Assembly: GCA_031459875.1 (NCBI GenBank)
Contig: JAVKHQ010000007.1
Coordinates: 12,530-76,529, forward strand
Source of the DNA: Candidatus Fervidifonticultor sextus
GTDB lineage: Bacteria; Sysuimicrobiota; Sysuimicrobiia; Sysuimicrobiales; Humicultoraceae
Reading direction: 5' to 3'
DNA: 64,000 bases
Shown here: positions 49,747-59,074 of the stretch, piece after piece
Layout: every line of letters starts with the position of its first letter
Numbering within the stretch: position 1 is the first letter of the stretch
The notes under the pieces: model-generated
Databases searched by the model: none
What the model was told of the DNA's origin: nothing
What the model saw: the letters and a program-made list of their open reading frames with translations, nothing else
Made by a program: the position numbers and the translations under genes

Positions 49747-50694
49747 CTGAGCCGCTACCTCCTCCAGCGTGCGGCCCAGGCACTGGTCGTCCTCTTCGTC
49801 GTCTCCACCATCACCTTCGTGATGGTCAGCCTGGCCCCGGGCGGGCCGGCTATCATGACGACGATGGAGACCACGCCCGAGATGCGCGAAGCCCACCGGC
49901 GGCGGCTGGGGCTCGACCAGCCGCTGCCAGTGCGGTTCGTGAAGTGGACGGCCGCGGCCGTCCGGGCGGACTTCGGCCGGTCGTTCAACGACGGGCGCCG
50001 CGTCGGCGAGGTGATCCGGGAGCGCCTGCCCAACACGCTGCTGCTTGGGGGCGCGGCGCTCCTGCTGTCCGTCCTGATCGGGATCCCCGCCGGCATCGTG
50101 TCGGCCACGCGCCGGGCGTCGCCGGTCGACTACACCGTCACCTTCTTGAGTTTCATCGGCGTCTCGATCCCGGCCTTCTGGTTCGCGATCCTCCTCATCC
50201 TCCTCTTCTCGGTCCGGCTGGACTGGCTGCCGGCCTCCGGCATGGCCACCATCGGGGCTCCCTTCTCGCTGGCCGACCGGCTCCTCCACCTGATCATGCC
50301 GGCATTCGTCCTGGCGACGGCCACCATGCCCGGCCTGGTGCGGTTCATGCGGTCGGCCCTGCTGGAGGAACTCGGGCAGGACTACGTGCGCACCGCGCGG
50401 GCCAAGGGTCTGGCCGGCCGCCGGGTCCTCACCCGTCATGCGATCCGCAACGCCCTCATCCCCGTCGTCACCATCCTGGGCGTGCTCATCCCCCGGCTGG
50501 TGGGCGGGGCGGTCATCACCGAGACGATCTTTGGCTGGCCGGGCATGGGACAACTGGCGGTCGCGTCCACCGTGGGACGCGACTACCCGCTGGTCATGGG
50601 CCTGACCGTCGTGGTGGCCATCGTGGTCGTGTTCTCCAACCTGGTCGTGGACCTGGCCTACGGCTGGCTCGACCCCCGCATCACCTATGGGTAG
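49747..50694 (+). CDS. Peptide ABC permease (DppB/OppB-like), apparent CTG start
   Basis: (L)SRYLLQR, GLDQP, DFGRS, QDYVRTARAKGL, HAIRNALIP, RDYP. Confidence 0.9.
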   Translation: MSRYLLQRAAQALVVLFVVSTITFVMVSLAPGGPAIMTTMETTPEMREAHRRRLGLDQPLPVRFVKWTAAAVRADFGRSFNDGRRVGEVIRERLPNTLLLGGAALLLSVLIGIPAGIVSATRRASPVDYTVTFLSFIGVSIPAFWFAILLILLFSVRLDWLPASGMATIGAPFSLADRLLHLIMPAFVLATATMPGLVRFMRSALLEELGQDYVRTARAKGLAGRRVLTRHAIRNALIPVVTILGVLIPRLVGGAVITETIFGWPGMGQLAVASTVGRDYPLVMGLTVVVAIVVVFSNLVVDLAYGWLDPRITYG

Positions 50695-50702
50695 CGCGGC
50701 GC

Positions 50703-51620
50703 GTGGCTAGCACGCGGTTCCGGACGGCGGTGGCTCCCCCATCCCGCGGGACGGTGGCGCTGGTGGGTGCGGCGCCTGCGCGGACGCTGTGGCGGACGGC
50801 CGCCAGACGCCTGCGCCGCAACCCCCCCGCCATGATCTCCATCGTGTTCCTGGCAGCCATCCACCTCGTGGCGGCCGTAGGGGTGGGGGTGCTGCCGCAC
50901 GATCCTTTTGCGACCAATCCGCTGGAATCGCTGCGGGCAGGCAGCCTCCAGCACCCTCTGGGCACCGATGAGGTCGGCCGGGACGTCCTGGCCCGGCTGG
51001 TGCTGGGCTCCCGCGTCTCGCTGGCGGTCGGGTTCGTCGCCATGGCCATCTCCGTGCTGGTGGGCGTCGCGGTCGGGGCGGCGGCGGGCTACCTCGGACG
51101 GTGGATCGATGTGGTCCTGATGCGCTTCACCGACGCGATGATGGCGCTGCCGACTCTCTTCGTGGTCCTGGCCGCCCTGGCCGTCTTCGGCGGCGGGCCC
51201 ATCACGGCCACGGTGGTGATCGGCCTGACCGCCTGGATGCCGGTGGCACGCGTCGTGCGCGGCGAGTACCTCCGGTGGCGGGTGAGCGAGTTCGTGGACG
51301 CCGCCAGGGCCGTCGGGGGGAGCGACCTGCGCATCATGCTGCGCCACATCCTGCCCCAGGTGGTCCCGTCGATCATCGTGGCGGCCACCCTGAACATCGC
51401 GTTTGCCATCCTGACCGAGTCGGCCATCTCCTACCTGGGGCTGGGCATCCGGCCGCCGCTGCCGTCCTGGGGCAACATGCTGCAGAACGCCCAGATCTAC
51501 ATCTGGTCGGCGCCCACCCTGGCGCTCTACCCCGGGCTGCTGATCCTGATGACGGTGCTGGCGTACAACTTCCTGGGCGACGGGCTGCGGGATGCCCTGG
51601 ATCCGCGGCTGAAACTGTGA
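50703..51620 (+). CDS. Peptide ABC permease (DppC/OppC-like)
   Basis: HPLGTDEVGRD, EFVDAARAVG, HILPQ, SWGNML, GDGLRDALDP. Confidence 0.92.
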   Translation: MASTRFRTAVAPPSRGTVALVGAAPARTLWRTAARRLRRNPPAMISIVFLAAIHLVAAVGVGVLPHDPFATNPLESLRAGSLQHPLGTDEVGRDVLARLVLGSRVSLAVGFVAMAISVLVGVAVGAAAGYLGRWIDVVLMRFTDAMMALPTLFVVLAALAVFGGGPITATVVIGLTAWMPVARVVRGEYLRWRVSEFVDAARAVGGSDLRIMLRHILPQVVPSIIVAATLNIAFAILTESAISYLGLGIRPPLPSWGNMLQNAQIYIWSAPTLALYPGLLILMTVLAYNFLGDGLRDALDPRLKL

Positions 51621-51653
51621 TCCGGCATCCTCGGTCGTGAAGGAGGAGGGTGA

Positions 51654-53426
51654 ATGATCACCGTGAGCACGTGGCGCAACGAGACCGACGAGCGGCGGCT
51701 GATCGACGACGTCTCGCTGGACGAACCGTGGGCGCTCATTGAAGCCTACACTGGGCTGATCCGCGAGTCGGGCACGCAGGACGAGCGTCGGGCCTTCGAC
51801 TACCTCAGCCGGCGCCTGGCGACGTTTGGGGTGCCCCACACGGTCCACACGCCGACGCTGCTGATCAGCGTGCCGCGTCAGGCCCGCCTGGAGGTCCTGG
51901 CCCCCCAACGCCGGATGGTGACCGCCAAGACACCGTCCATGTCGCTGTCCACCGGCGGCCGGTGGAAGCGCGGCCAGGTGGTCTACCTCCCCACCGGACA
52001 GGTGGATCACATCCGAGGTCTGTTCGAGGGCGCGGGTGCCCTGACGGCGGAGATGGACGGGAAGATCGTCCTCACCGAGGGCTACCCCTCGCCGGGCAAG
52101 GTCGCCGACTTCACCAGGCGTGGCGCCGCCGGTGCCATCTTCATCAGCCCCGGCGAGCGCATCCACGAGGGCATCTGCACCACCATCTGGGGCTCGCCGG
52201 ATCTCGACTCCTGGGAGCGGAAACCCACGATCCCTGTGGTGGCGGTGAACAAGACCGAGGGCGCCTGGCTGCGCGACCTGGCCCGGGGGGGCGGGGTGAA
52301 GGTGCGCCTGTCCACGAACCTCGCCGAGGGATGGGTCGCCTGCCCGCTGTGCGTCGCCGAGATCCCGGGCCGCGAGGTCCCCGAGGAGTTCGTCCTGGTG
52401 CACGGCCACGTGGACGGCTGGCACCAGGGGATCGGCGACAACGCCACCGGCGATGCGACGCTGCTGGAACTCGCCCGGGTCCTGTGGACTCACCGCGAGC
52501 GCCTGGCCCGGACGGTCCGGATTGCGTGGTGGCCCGGCCATTCCCAGGGACGGTATGCGGGATCGGTGTGGTATGCGGATACGTTCGCCCTGGACCTGGA
52601 CGCGCACTGCATCGCCCACATCAATTGCGATTCGCCCGGCTGCCGGTGGGCGACCGTCTACGAAGACGTCTTCTGGATGAGCGAAGCCGAGGGGATCGGC
52701 AGGGCCGTCATCCGCGACGTCACCGGCCAGGAGGCCGCCGGCGGCCGGCCGCTACGGGCCGGCGACTGTTCCTTCTCCAACATCGGCGTCTCGACGTTCT
52801 ACATGCTCTCCTCCACGATGCCCAAATCCCTGATCCAGGAAAAGGGCTACTACCCGGTCGGCGGCTGCGGCGCCAACATCGCCTGGCACACCGAGGACGA
52901 CACCATCGAGATCGCCGACCGCGACAACCTGCTGCGCGATATCAAGGTCTACCTGCTGGCGGCCTACCGCACGGCCAACGCCCCCCTGCACCCGCTGGAC
53001 TTCACGGCGCTCGCCGACGAGATCGCCCGGACTCTGCAGGCCTACCAGGACGCCACCGACGGCGAGTTCGACCTGGGCGAGGCGATCGCCGAGGCGCGGG
53101 CGCTGCGCGCCGATCTGGAGCGCTGGTACCTGGACCGGGCCTCCCTGCTGGACCGCTCGCCGGCGGATCCCGAGGTCCGGGGCGCCAATGCCACGCTGCG
53201 GCGGCTGGCGCGCATCCTGGTGCCCATCAACTACACGCGGGCCGGCCGGTTCCGCCACGACCCCGCCGTCGACGTCCCGCCTCTGCCGGATCTGGCGCCG
53301 GCGCGGACCTGGAAGACCCTGACGCCGGGGAGCGACCTCTACCACGTGACGCGCACACACCTGGTGCGCGGGCGCAACCGGGTCCTGGGGGCGCTGCGGG
53401 ACGCCCGTGCCCTGGTGCAGTCCTGA
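51654..53426 (+). CDS. M28-family peptidase with PA domain
   Basis: VHGHVDGW, GDNATG, WWPGHSQG (His/Ser in place of the usual EE), INCDSPG, WHTEDDT. Confidence 0.82.
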   Translation: MITVSTWRNETDERRLIDDVSLDEPWALIEAYTGLIRESGTQDERRAFDYLSRRLATFGVPHTVHTPTLLISVPRQARLEVLAPQRRMVTAKTPSMSLSTGGRWKRGQVVYLPTGQVDHIRGLFEGAGALTAEMDGKIVLTEGYPSPGKVADFTRRGAAGAIFISPGERIHEGICTTIWGSPDLDSWERKPTIPVVAVNKTEGAWLRDLARGGGVKVRLSTNLAEGWVACPLCVAEIPGREVPEEFVLVHGHVDGWHQGIGDNATGDATLLELARVLWTHRERLARTVRIAWWPGHSQGRYAGSVWYADTFALDLDAHCIAHINCDSPGCRWATVYEDVFWMSEAEGIGRAVIRDVTGQEAAGGRPLRAGDCSFSNIGVSTFYMLSSTMPKSLIQEKGYYPVGGCGANIAWHTEDDTIEIADRDNLLRDIKVYLLAAYRTANAPLHPLDFTALADEIARTLQAYQDATDGEFDLGEAIAEARALRADLERWYLDRASLLDRSPADPEVRGANATLRRLARILVPINYTRAGRFRHDPAVDVPPLPDLAPARTWKTLTPGSDLYHVTRTHLVRGRNRVLGALRDARALVQS

Positions 53427-53440
53427 GGAGGGGTCGGGCC

Positions 53441-54520
53441 GTGGCCTCGCTCCCCTCCACGATGCGGGCCGTCGTCGTGCGGCGGCACGGCGGCCCGGAG
53501 GTGCTGAACATCGAGGACGTTCCGGTGCCCTCGCCGGGAGCTGGCGAGGCGTTGATTCGGGTGAGGGCCTGCGCGCTGAACAACATGGACATCTGGGCGC
53601 GCTCCGGCCCGCCCGGCGGCCGCCCCATCTTCCCCTGGCGCGAGCGCGCGTTTCCGTTCACCAGCGGCGGCGATGTGGCGGGCACGGTCGAGACCCTGGG
53701 TGCCGGCGTGCAGGACTGGGTCCGGGGCGATCGGGTCGTCGTGAACCCCATCCTCTCCTGCGGTGACTGCGAGTTCTGCCTGGCCGGCGAACAGACCATG
53801 TGCCTGCACTACCGGATCTTCGGCGAGCACACCCCGGGGGGCCTGGCGGAGTATGTGGTCGCGCCGGCGCGCAACCTGCTGCGCCTGCCCGATCACGTGC
53901 CGTTTGAGAAAGCCGCAGTGCCGGCGGCGTACTGCACCGCATGGCGGATGATGATCACCGCCGGAGGGCTCCGCGCCGGCGAGGACGTGCTGATCGTCGG
54001 CGCCTCCGGCGGCGTGGGGACGGCGGCGCTGCTCATCGCCAGGATGGCCGGAGCCCGCCGCATCTTCGCCGTCGTCACCGGGGCGGAGAAGGCCCGCAAG
54101 GCGGCGGAGGCCGGAGCGATCCCCATCGACCGCGCCGTTACTCCCAACTTCAGCGAGCACGTGCTGGAAGCGACCGAAGGGGCCGGCGTGCACCTGGCCG
54201 CCGATCCCGTGGGCGCGCCCACGTGGCCGCAGACGATCCGCAGCCTGCGCCGCGGGGGCCGCATGACCATCTGCGGCGCCTCGGGGGGCGAGCGGCCGGA
54301 CTTCGATATCCGCGAGGTCTACCAGCGACACCGCCGCATCATCGGCGCGCCGATGGGTAACGTGAGCGACCTGGGCGCGGTGATGGGCGCCATCTTCTCG
54401 GGGGCGATCGATCCGATCCTCCACGCCGTGCTACCGCTGGACCGAATCCGCGAGGCCCACCGCCTCATGGAGGCCCGCGAGCATTTCGGGAAAGTCGTGA
54501 TGGTGCCGCCAACAGGTTGA
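53441..54520 (+). CDS. Zinc-binding dehydrogenase/quinone oxidoreductase (MDR family)
   Basis: GDVAG, CGDCEFCLAGEQTMC structural Zn, VGASGGVG, HFGKVV. Confidence 0.9.
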   Translation: MASLPSTMRAVVVRRHGGPEVLNIEDVPVPSPGAGEALIRVRACALNNMDIWARSGPPGGRPIFPWRERAFPFTSGGDVAGTVETLGAGVQDWVRGDRVVVNPILSCGDCEFCLAGEQTMCLHYRIFGEHTPGGLAEYVVAPARNLLRLPDHVPFEKAAVPAAYCTAWRMMITAGGLRAGEDVLIVGASGGVGTAALLIARMAGARRIFAVVTGAEKARKAAEAGAIPIDRAVTPNFSEHVLEATEGAGVHLAADPVGAPTWPQTIRSLRRGGRMTICGASGGERPDFDIREVYQRHRRIIGAPMGNVSDLGAVMGAIFSGAIDPILHAVLPLDRIREAHRLMEAREHFGKVVMVPPTG

Positions 54521-54573
54521 CAAGCCACCGATGATCTTGGACGATAAGGGCGAGCCTTTCATGCGTCGAGCCA

Positions 54574-55374
54574 ATGCCTAGGGCCAACACTGTCGTCGAG
54601 ATCGACGTCAAGATCTTCGACCGCCCCCGGACCTTCGTGTTTCGGGGACGATCGCTGCGGGCGCTGGCTGCGGCGCTACGCCGCGAAGCCGAGCGGTCCA
54701 ACCCGCAGCTCGGACGCATCGCCGGCCTGCTGGACACGCTCGCCGCCGCCGGCTGGCGGTTTGCGGCCTTCAAGGGCCAGGTGGTCACCCTCGTGCATGC
54801 CCACGCCACCAACCGCGCGGAAGCCGAGGCCTTCCTCAGCGAGCGCGTCGGCCCCGACCTGCTGGCGCGGATCAGCGTGCGGGAGCGGGTCAACGGGCCG
54901 TCGGCCAAACCGCCGCGCCTCCCGAAGGCCGACGACGAACTCAGCCGCGAGATCCGTCGGCTGGTCGGGGCGGAGAGCCACAAGAAAGACCTCTACCTGG
55001 GTCACCCCACCGAGGAACTCGCCGAACTGCTCCTGGACATGAGTTTCCTCGCCCAGGAGGCCATGGACGATCCGGACGTCGCGCGCCTGCTGGATCGGCT
55101 GCGCGCCGAGCACGAAGAGGACCAGCAGTACCGCGACCTGCACAGCCGGTACCTGTCACTGACCGAACGGACCGGCATGGGGCATCCCGCCGCCGAGGAG
55201 GCCTACTGGGACCTGTTCTCCTACACGGCCCACAAACTGTCGCGGCTGATCCCGGCGCTGCGGGGCTTCCTGGAGCGGCGCGGCTTCTCCGATCTCTGCG
55301 AGCACGAGGCCACCGCCTTCCTCACGGCGGCGCTCTCGCTGGCGCTGTCGACCATCGAGGCCGACGATCACTGA
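54574..55374 (+). CDS. Hypothetical protein (266 aa)
   Basis: GC3-rich open frame filling the gap; TTGACA upstream; no motif recognised. Confidence 0.7.
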   Translation: MPRANTVVEIDVKIFDRPRTFVFRGRSLRALAAALRREAERSNPQLGRIAGLLDTLAAAGWRFAAFKGQVVTLVHAHATNRAEAEAFLSERVGPDLLARISVRERVNGPSAKPPRLPKADDELSREIRRLVGAESHKKDLYLGHPTEELAELLLDMSFLAQEAMDDPDVARLLDRLRAEHEEDQQYRDLHSRYLSLTERTGMGHPAAEEAYWDLFSYTAHKLSRLIPALRGFLERRGFSDLCEHEATAFLTAALSLALSTIEADDH

Positions 55375-55562
55375 CGCCTGCCGCACCACCTTGAAGTTAA
55401 CCTGCGCCCTGGCCGCTGCGTCGTTCCCGCTGATCTAGATGTGATGGTGGTCGCCGGCCACCCGGCCGGGGTTGACCATCATGTTGCAGTTGACCGTGGT
55501 GCGCGTTTTCACGAACGGGCCGGCCTCCGCGCGAGGCGACCGCCTCGGATCGGGAACCACCT

Positions 55563-56885
55563 CTACGCCGGGATTGGGCCTGTGGCCGTGGACCCCACGG
55601 GTTCCAGGTACAGCACCTCGGCGCTGTCGTCGTAGGCGAGGACCTCTGCGTAGCGTCCCCAGTTGACGATGGTGTCGAGCTGCCGTTCCGCCTCTTCCGC
55701 GGGGAACTCCAACTCCAGCGCGGCCAGCACCACGCTCCACTCCAACCGCTGTCCCTTTGCTGCGCGCAGCAGGGAGAGCAGCCAGGTGAAGATGGGCAGC
55801 CGGCGGATGCGGGTGGCGAAGATCTCCTTGCGGACCAGAATGCTGGCCTCGGCGAACGTCTCGCCCAACGGCGTGAGGGTGATGTCGCCCTGCGCCACCG
55901 TCGCAAACCCGAGCAGCTCGGTGGCGTCGGTGAGACGCAGGAGATGGTCGGTGTCCACGCCCAGGTCATCGTCGAGCCGGTGGAGGTCTGCGCGCAGGCC
56001 GGGTCGTTCGGCGAGATGCTCGATGAGGCCGGTCAGGGCGTGGATCGTGATGTGCGGCAGGCTCCGGATCCGGCCGGGCCCGCCTGGCGCGCCGCCCAGC
56101 TCCACGGGCTCCGGTCCCGTCTCGCCGGCGAGGGTCGCGTAAACGTGGTCCACGACTGCGAGGAAGTCCAACGACTTGCGGTTGCGGGGGTGGGGGAGAC
56201 CGATCGGCAGATCGGCCACCACGCGGCCGGGATCCTTGTCCATCACGACGACCCGGTCGGCCATGAAGACCGCCTCGTCGATGTTGTGCGTGACCATCAG
56301 GATGGCCCGCGTGGGGATGCGGCCGGTGGTCCACAGCTCCAGGAGGTCGCCGCGCAGCGATTCGGCGCTGAGCACGTCGAGCGCCGAGAAGGGCTCGTCG
56401 AGGCAGAGCAGCTCCGGCTCCACCGCCATGGCCCGAGCGAAGCCGACTTTCTGTCGCATGCCGCCCGACAACTCTCGGGGATAGGCGGACTCGAAGCCGT
56501 CGAGGCCCACGCGGTCCAGCAGGTCCACCGCACGCGCGGTCCGGACCGCCGGGGAAATGCCCCGGGCCTTCAACGCGATCTCGACATTCTGCTGCACCGT
56601 CAGCCACGGGAACAGCGCAAACGTCTGGAAGACGATGGTCGCGTGCGGGTTCACGCCGCGGAGCGGCTGGCCGCGGTATAGCACCTGTCCCTCCGTCGGC
56701 CGCTGGAGCCCGGTGATGATCCGCAGTAGCGTGCTCTTGCCGCACCCCGACGGACCCACGAGGGTCACGAACTCGCCCTCGGAGACCGACAATGACACAT
56801 CCTGCACGGCGACGAACCGTCTGGCGCCGACGCCATAGGACTGTCCGACGTGCCTGAGTTCCAACAGCGGAGCGGTGTCGGCCAT
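55563..56885 (-). CDS. NitT/TauT-family ABC ATPase with C-terminal AAA-associated domain
   Basis: GPSGCGKS, LSGGMRQK, LDEPFSALD, MVTH; C-terminal NWGRYAE. Confidence 0.92.
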   Translation of the reverse strand: MADTAPLLELRHVGQSYGVGARRFVAVQDVSLSVSEGEFVTLVGPSGCGKSTLLRIITGLQRPTEGQVLYRGQPLRGVNPHATIVFQTFALFPWLTVQQNVEIALKARGISPAVRTARAVDLLDRVGLDGFESAYPRELSGGMRQKVGFARAMAVEPELLCLDEPFSALDVLSAESLRGDLLELWTTGRIPTRAILMVTHNIDEAVFMADRVVVMDKDPGRVVADLPIGLPHPRNRKSLDFLAVVDHVYATLAGETGPEPVELGGAPGGPGRIRSLPHITIHALTGLIEHLAERPGLRADLHRLDDDLGVDTDHLLRLTDATELLGFATVAQGDITLTPLGETFAEASILVRKEIFATRIRRLPIFTWLLSLLRAAKGQRLEWSVVLAALELEFPAEEAERQLDTIVNWGRYAEVLAYDDSAEVLYLEPVGSTATGPIPA

Positions 56886-56888
56886 GGA

Positions 56889-58607
56889 TCACTCCATACG
56901 GTAGCGCTCCGCGGCGACACCGTACAGCCGCCGCCAGACTAGCCGGTTGACCGTGACGACCGTGGCCACCATGGCCAGCGTGGCCGCCAGCAGTAGCGGG
57001 TAGTCGCCGGACGCCGTCGCGTGGCTGATGAGGGCTCCGATCCCGACAGTGGACAGGGTCCGGCCGCCGAACTCGATGTACTCGGCAACGATGCTGGCGT
57101 TCCACGCGCCGCCGCTCGCGGTGATCGCGCCCGTGATAATGTACGGAAACAGCGCGGGCAGCACGAGCGTCCGCCACCGCTCTCGCCGGTCCAGCTGGAG
57201 GAGCGCGCTCGTGTACTTGAGATCCTGCGGGATGGCCGAAGCGCCGGCGATGATGTTGAACAGCAGGTACCATTGCGTGCCCATCAGCATAAGCAGCACC
57301 GCGGCTAGGTTGAGACCCGCCGGCAGCGCCGCCAGCGCCAGCACGAAGACCGGGAACAGCGCGGTGGCGGGGACCGATGCCGTGACCTGGATGACCGGCT
57401 GGAGCCAGGTCGCCAGGCGCGGGGAACTGCCGATCGCCACGCCCAACGGGACGGTCCAGGCCAGCGCGATGGCCAGCGCAGCCGTCACCCGCAGGAGCGT
57501 GGCGATGAGGCCCACGCCGATCGCCGCCCACTGGCCCGGCGGGATCCGCAGCAACACCTCAACCGCGCGCGCCGAGCCGTAGAGCAGACCTGCCGCGCCC
57601 AGCGCCAGCGCGGCGTACCAGCCCCATCGGCCTGCCCTGGAGCCGCTGCTTGACGCGACGGTCACCGCGAGCCGACGCCCGATCCACCCTTCGGCGGCCT
57701 CGAGCACCTGATACGCGACCCGCGCGCCGAGCCAGTGCGCCATCCGCGACGTGCGCCAGGCGTCGTAGAACCACGATGTCGGGGGGGTCCGGTTTTCGAC
57801 CATCTCCAGCTTGAACCGGTCCGACCAGGCCAGGAGCGGCCGCCACACGAGCTGGTCCAGCACGACAATCAGGACGACCAGTGTGCCGATCCCGAATCCC
57901 ACCGCACGCAGGTCGCCCCGGTTCGCGGCTGCCTGCAGGTAGGCGCCCAGGCCGGGGAGGCGGAAGTCGCGGTCGCCCACGGTGAAGATCTCCGCGGCCA
58001 TCAGGAAGAACCAGCCGCCGGCCCAGCCCATCATGCTGTTCCAGATCAGGCTGATCGCGGCAAAGGGCAACTCCAACGTCCTCAGCCGCAGCCAGCCCAG
58101 CCTGAAGACGTCGCTGACCTCCCGCAGTTCCTTCGGAATCGTGGTCAGCGACTGATACCAGGCGAAGGTGATATTCCACACCTGGCTGGTGAAGATGAGC
58201 ACGATGGCGGCAAACTCCGCGGCAATGGCCTGTGGCAGGATGGCGCTGAAGCTCAGCAGCACGACCGGCAGGAAGGAGAGGATGGGTACGCTCTGCAGGA
58301 CGTCAAGCAGCGGCAGCAGCATCTGTTCGGCCCGCCGGCTGTAGGCGGCCAGGTATCCATAGACCAGCGAGAACGCCATGGACAGCGCATACGCCGCAGC
58401 CATGCGCCCGAGCGAGCGGAACGTGTACCAGGGCAGCGTGCCGGGCGCCAGCGAGATCTCCGGTCCACGGACGGCGGGGGGCGCGTTATAGGCGAGCCGG
58501 ACTCCGGCATAGATCAGCGTGATGATAACCAGCAGAACGATCACGTCGCCCCAGGTAAAAGGACGCTCGGCTGGCTGCTCGACCCTGAAGAGTCGGGTGA
58601 TACGCAC
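56889..58607 (-). CDS. NitT/TauT-family ABC permease with two BPD_transp_1 repeats (start uncertain, 58607 or 58703)
   Basis: LLDVLQSVPILSF, WNITF, GGWFFL, SVPATALFP, GGAWNASIVAE. Confidence 0.88.
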   Translation of the reverse strand: MRITRLFRVEQPAERPFTWGDVIVLLVIITLIYAGVRLAYNAPPAVRGPEISLAPGTLPWYTFRSLGRMAAAYALSMAFSLVYGYLAAYSRRAEQMLLPLLDVLQSVPILSFLPVVLLSFSAILPQAIAAEFAAIVLIFTSQVWNITFAWYQSLTTIPKELREVSDVFRLGWLRLRTLELPFAAISLIWNSMMGWAGGWFFLMAAEIFTVGDRDFRLPGLGAYLQAAANRGDLRAVGFGIGTLVVLIVVLDQLVWRPLLAWSDRFKLEMVENRTPPTSWFYDAWRTSRMAHWLGARVAYQVLEAAEGWIGRRLAVTVASSSGSRAGRWGWYAALALGAAGLLYGSARAVEVLLRIPPGQWAAIGVGLIATLLRVTAALAIALAWTVPLGVAIGSSPRLATWLQPVIQVTASVPATALFPVFVLALAALPAGLNLAAVLLMLMGTQWYLLFNIIAGASAIPQDLKYTSALLQLDRRERWRTLVLPALFPYIITGAITASGGAWNASIVAEYIEFGGRTLSTVGIGALISHATASGDYPLLLAATLAMVATVVTVNRLVWRRLYGVAAERYRME

Positions 58608-58701
58608 GACAGGACAACTCGTATCGGCTGGCCGCGCGTCTTGCGCTGCTGACGCGCCGCTGAGGAGTTCGCGCCCGGCGTGGGATACTCCCCCAACGGT
58701 C

Positions 58702-58809
58702 ATGGAGCCGATCGTCTCGCTCGCGCGGCCCGACAGCGCAGGGTTCGCGGCCAATCGCCGCCACCACGAGCGGCAGGTCGCGGAACTGCGTGAGCGGGTG
58801 GCCGTGGTG
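58702..58809 (+). pseudogene. N-terminal remnant resembling methylcrotonyl-CoA/acyl-CoA carboxylase beta subunit
   Basis: MEPIVSLARPDSAGFAANRRHHERQVAELRERVAVV matches the D-S-x-F-x-AN...AELRER pattern of MccB N-termini; similarity stops before the expected GG. Confidence 0.5.
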
Positions 58810-58893
58810 AGCATGCCGTGCACGGCGCCTGCCTGCAGGACTCCGCTTCCGGGCGGCCGCCGGATCTCACAACCTCGAAGGAGGAGAGTATCA

Positions 58894-58926
58894 ATGCCGT
58901 TCGAGCTTCCAGCTTTGCCTTGCGCG
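58894..58926 (+). pseudogene. Fe/Mn superoxide dismutase 5' remnant
   Basis: AAGGAGG RBS (58878-58884) then MPFELPALPCA (canonical MPFELPALPYA); unrelated sequence follows. Confidence 0.65.
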
Positions 58927-59036
58927 CGAGGTACCGCGAGAGCTATCTACCGCGTGGCCCATCGCATGCTGGGGAGCCGCCACACCGCCAGCTCTCCCGC
59001 CCAGGGACCTCCGCGGGGGGGTCCTGTCATAAATCC

Positions 59037-59074
59037 TTGACCTAGTTCTGTATCGTTGCTTATCCTGTCAGCAA
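59037..59074 (+). promoter_or_regulatory. Promoter/operator of the molybdate module
   Basis: TTGACC-18-TATCCT; inverted repeat TTGCT-N9-AGCAA spanning the -10 and start codon. Confidence 0.55.

Noticed and set aside
49799-49810. 12-nt match (TCGTCTCCACCA) to the tRNA-Ala 3' end
   Set aside because: Lies inside the permease coding sequence (VVST); a chance match, not an att site
55375-55560. Possible gene fragment downstream of the ATPase (…VNCNMMVNPGRVAGDHHHI*ISGND…)
   Set aside because: No usable RBS, an internal stop, and only vague resemblance to Ig-like domains; cannot be supported
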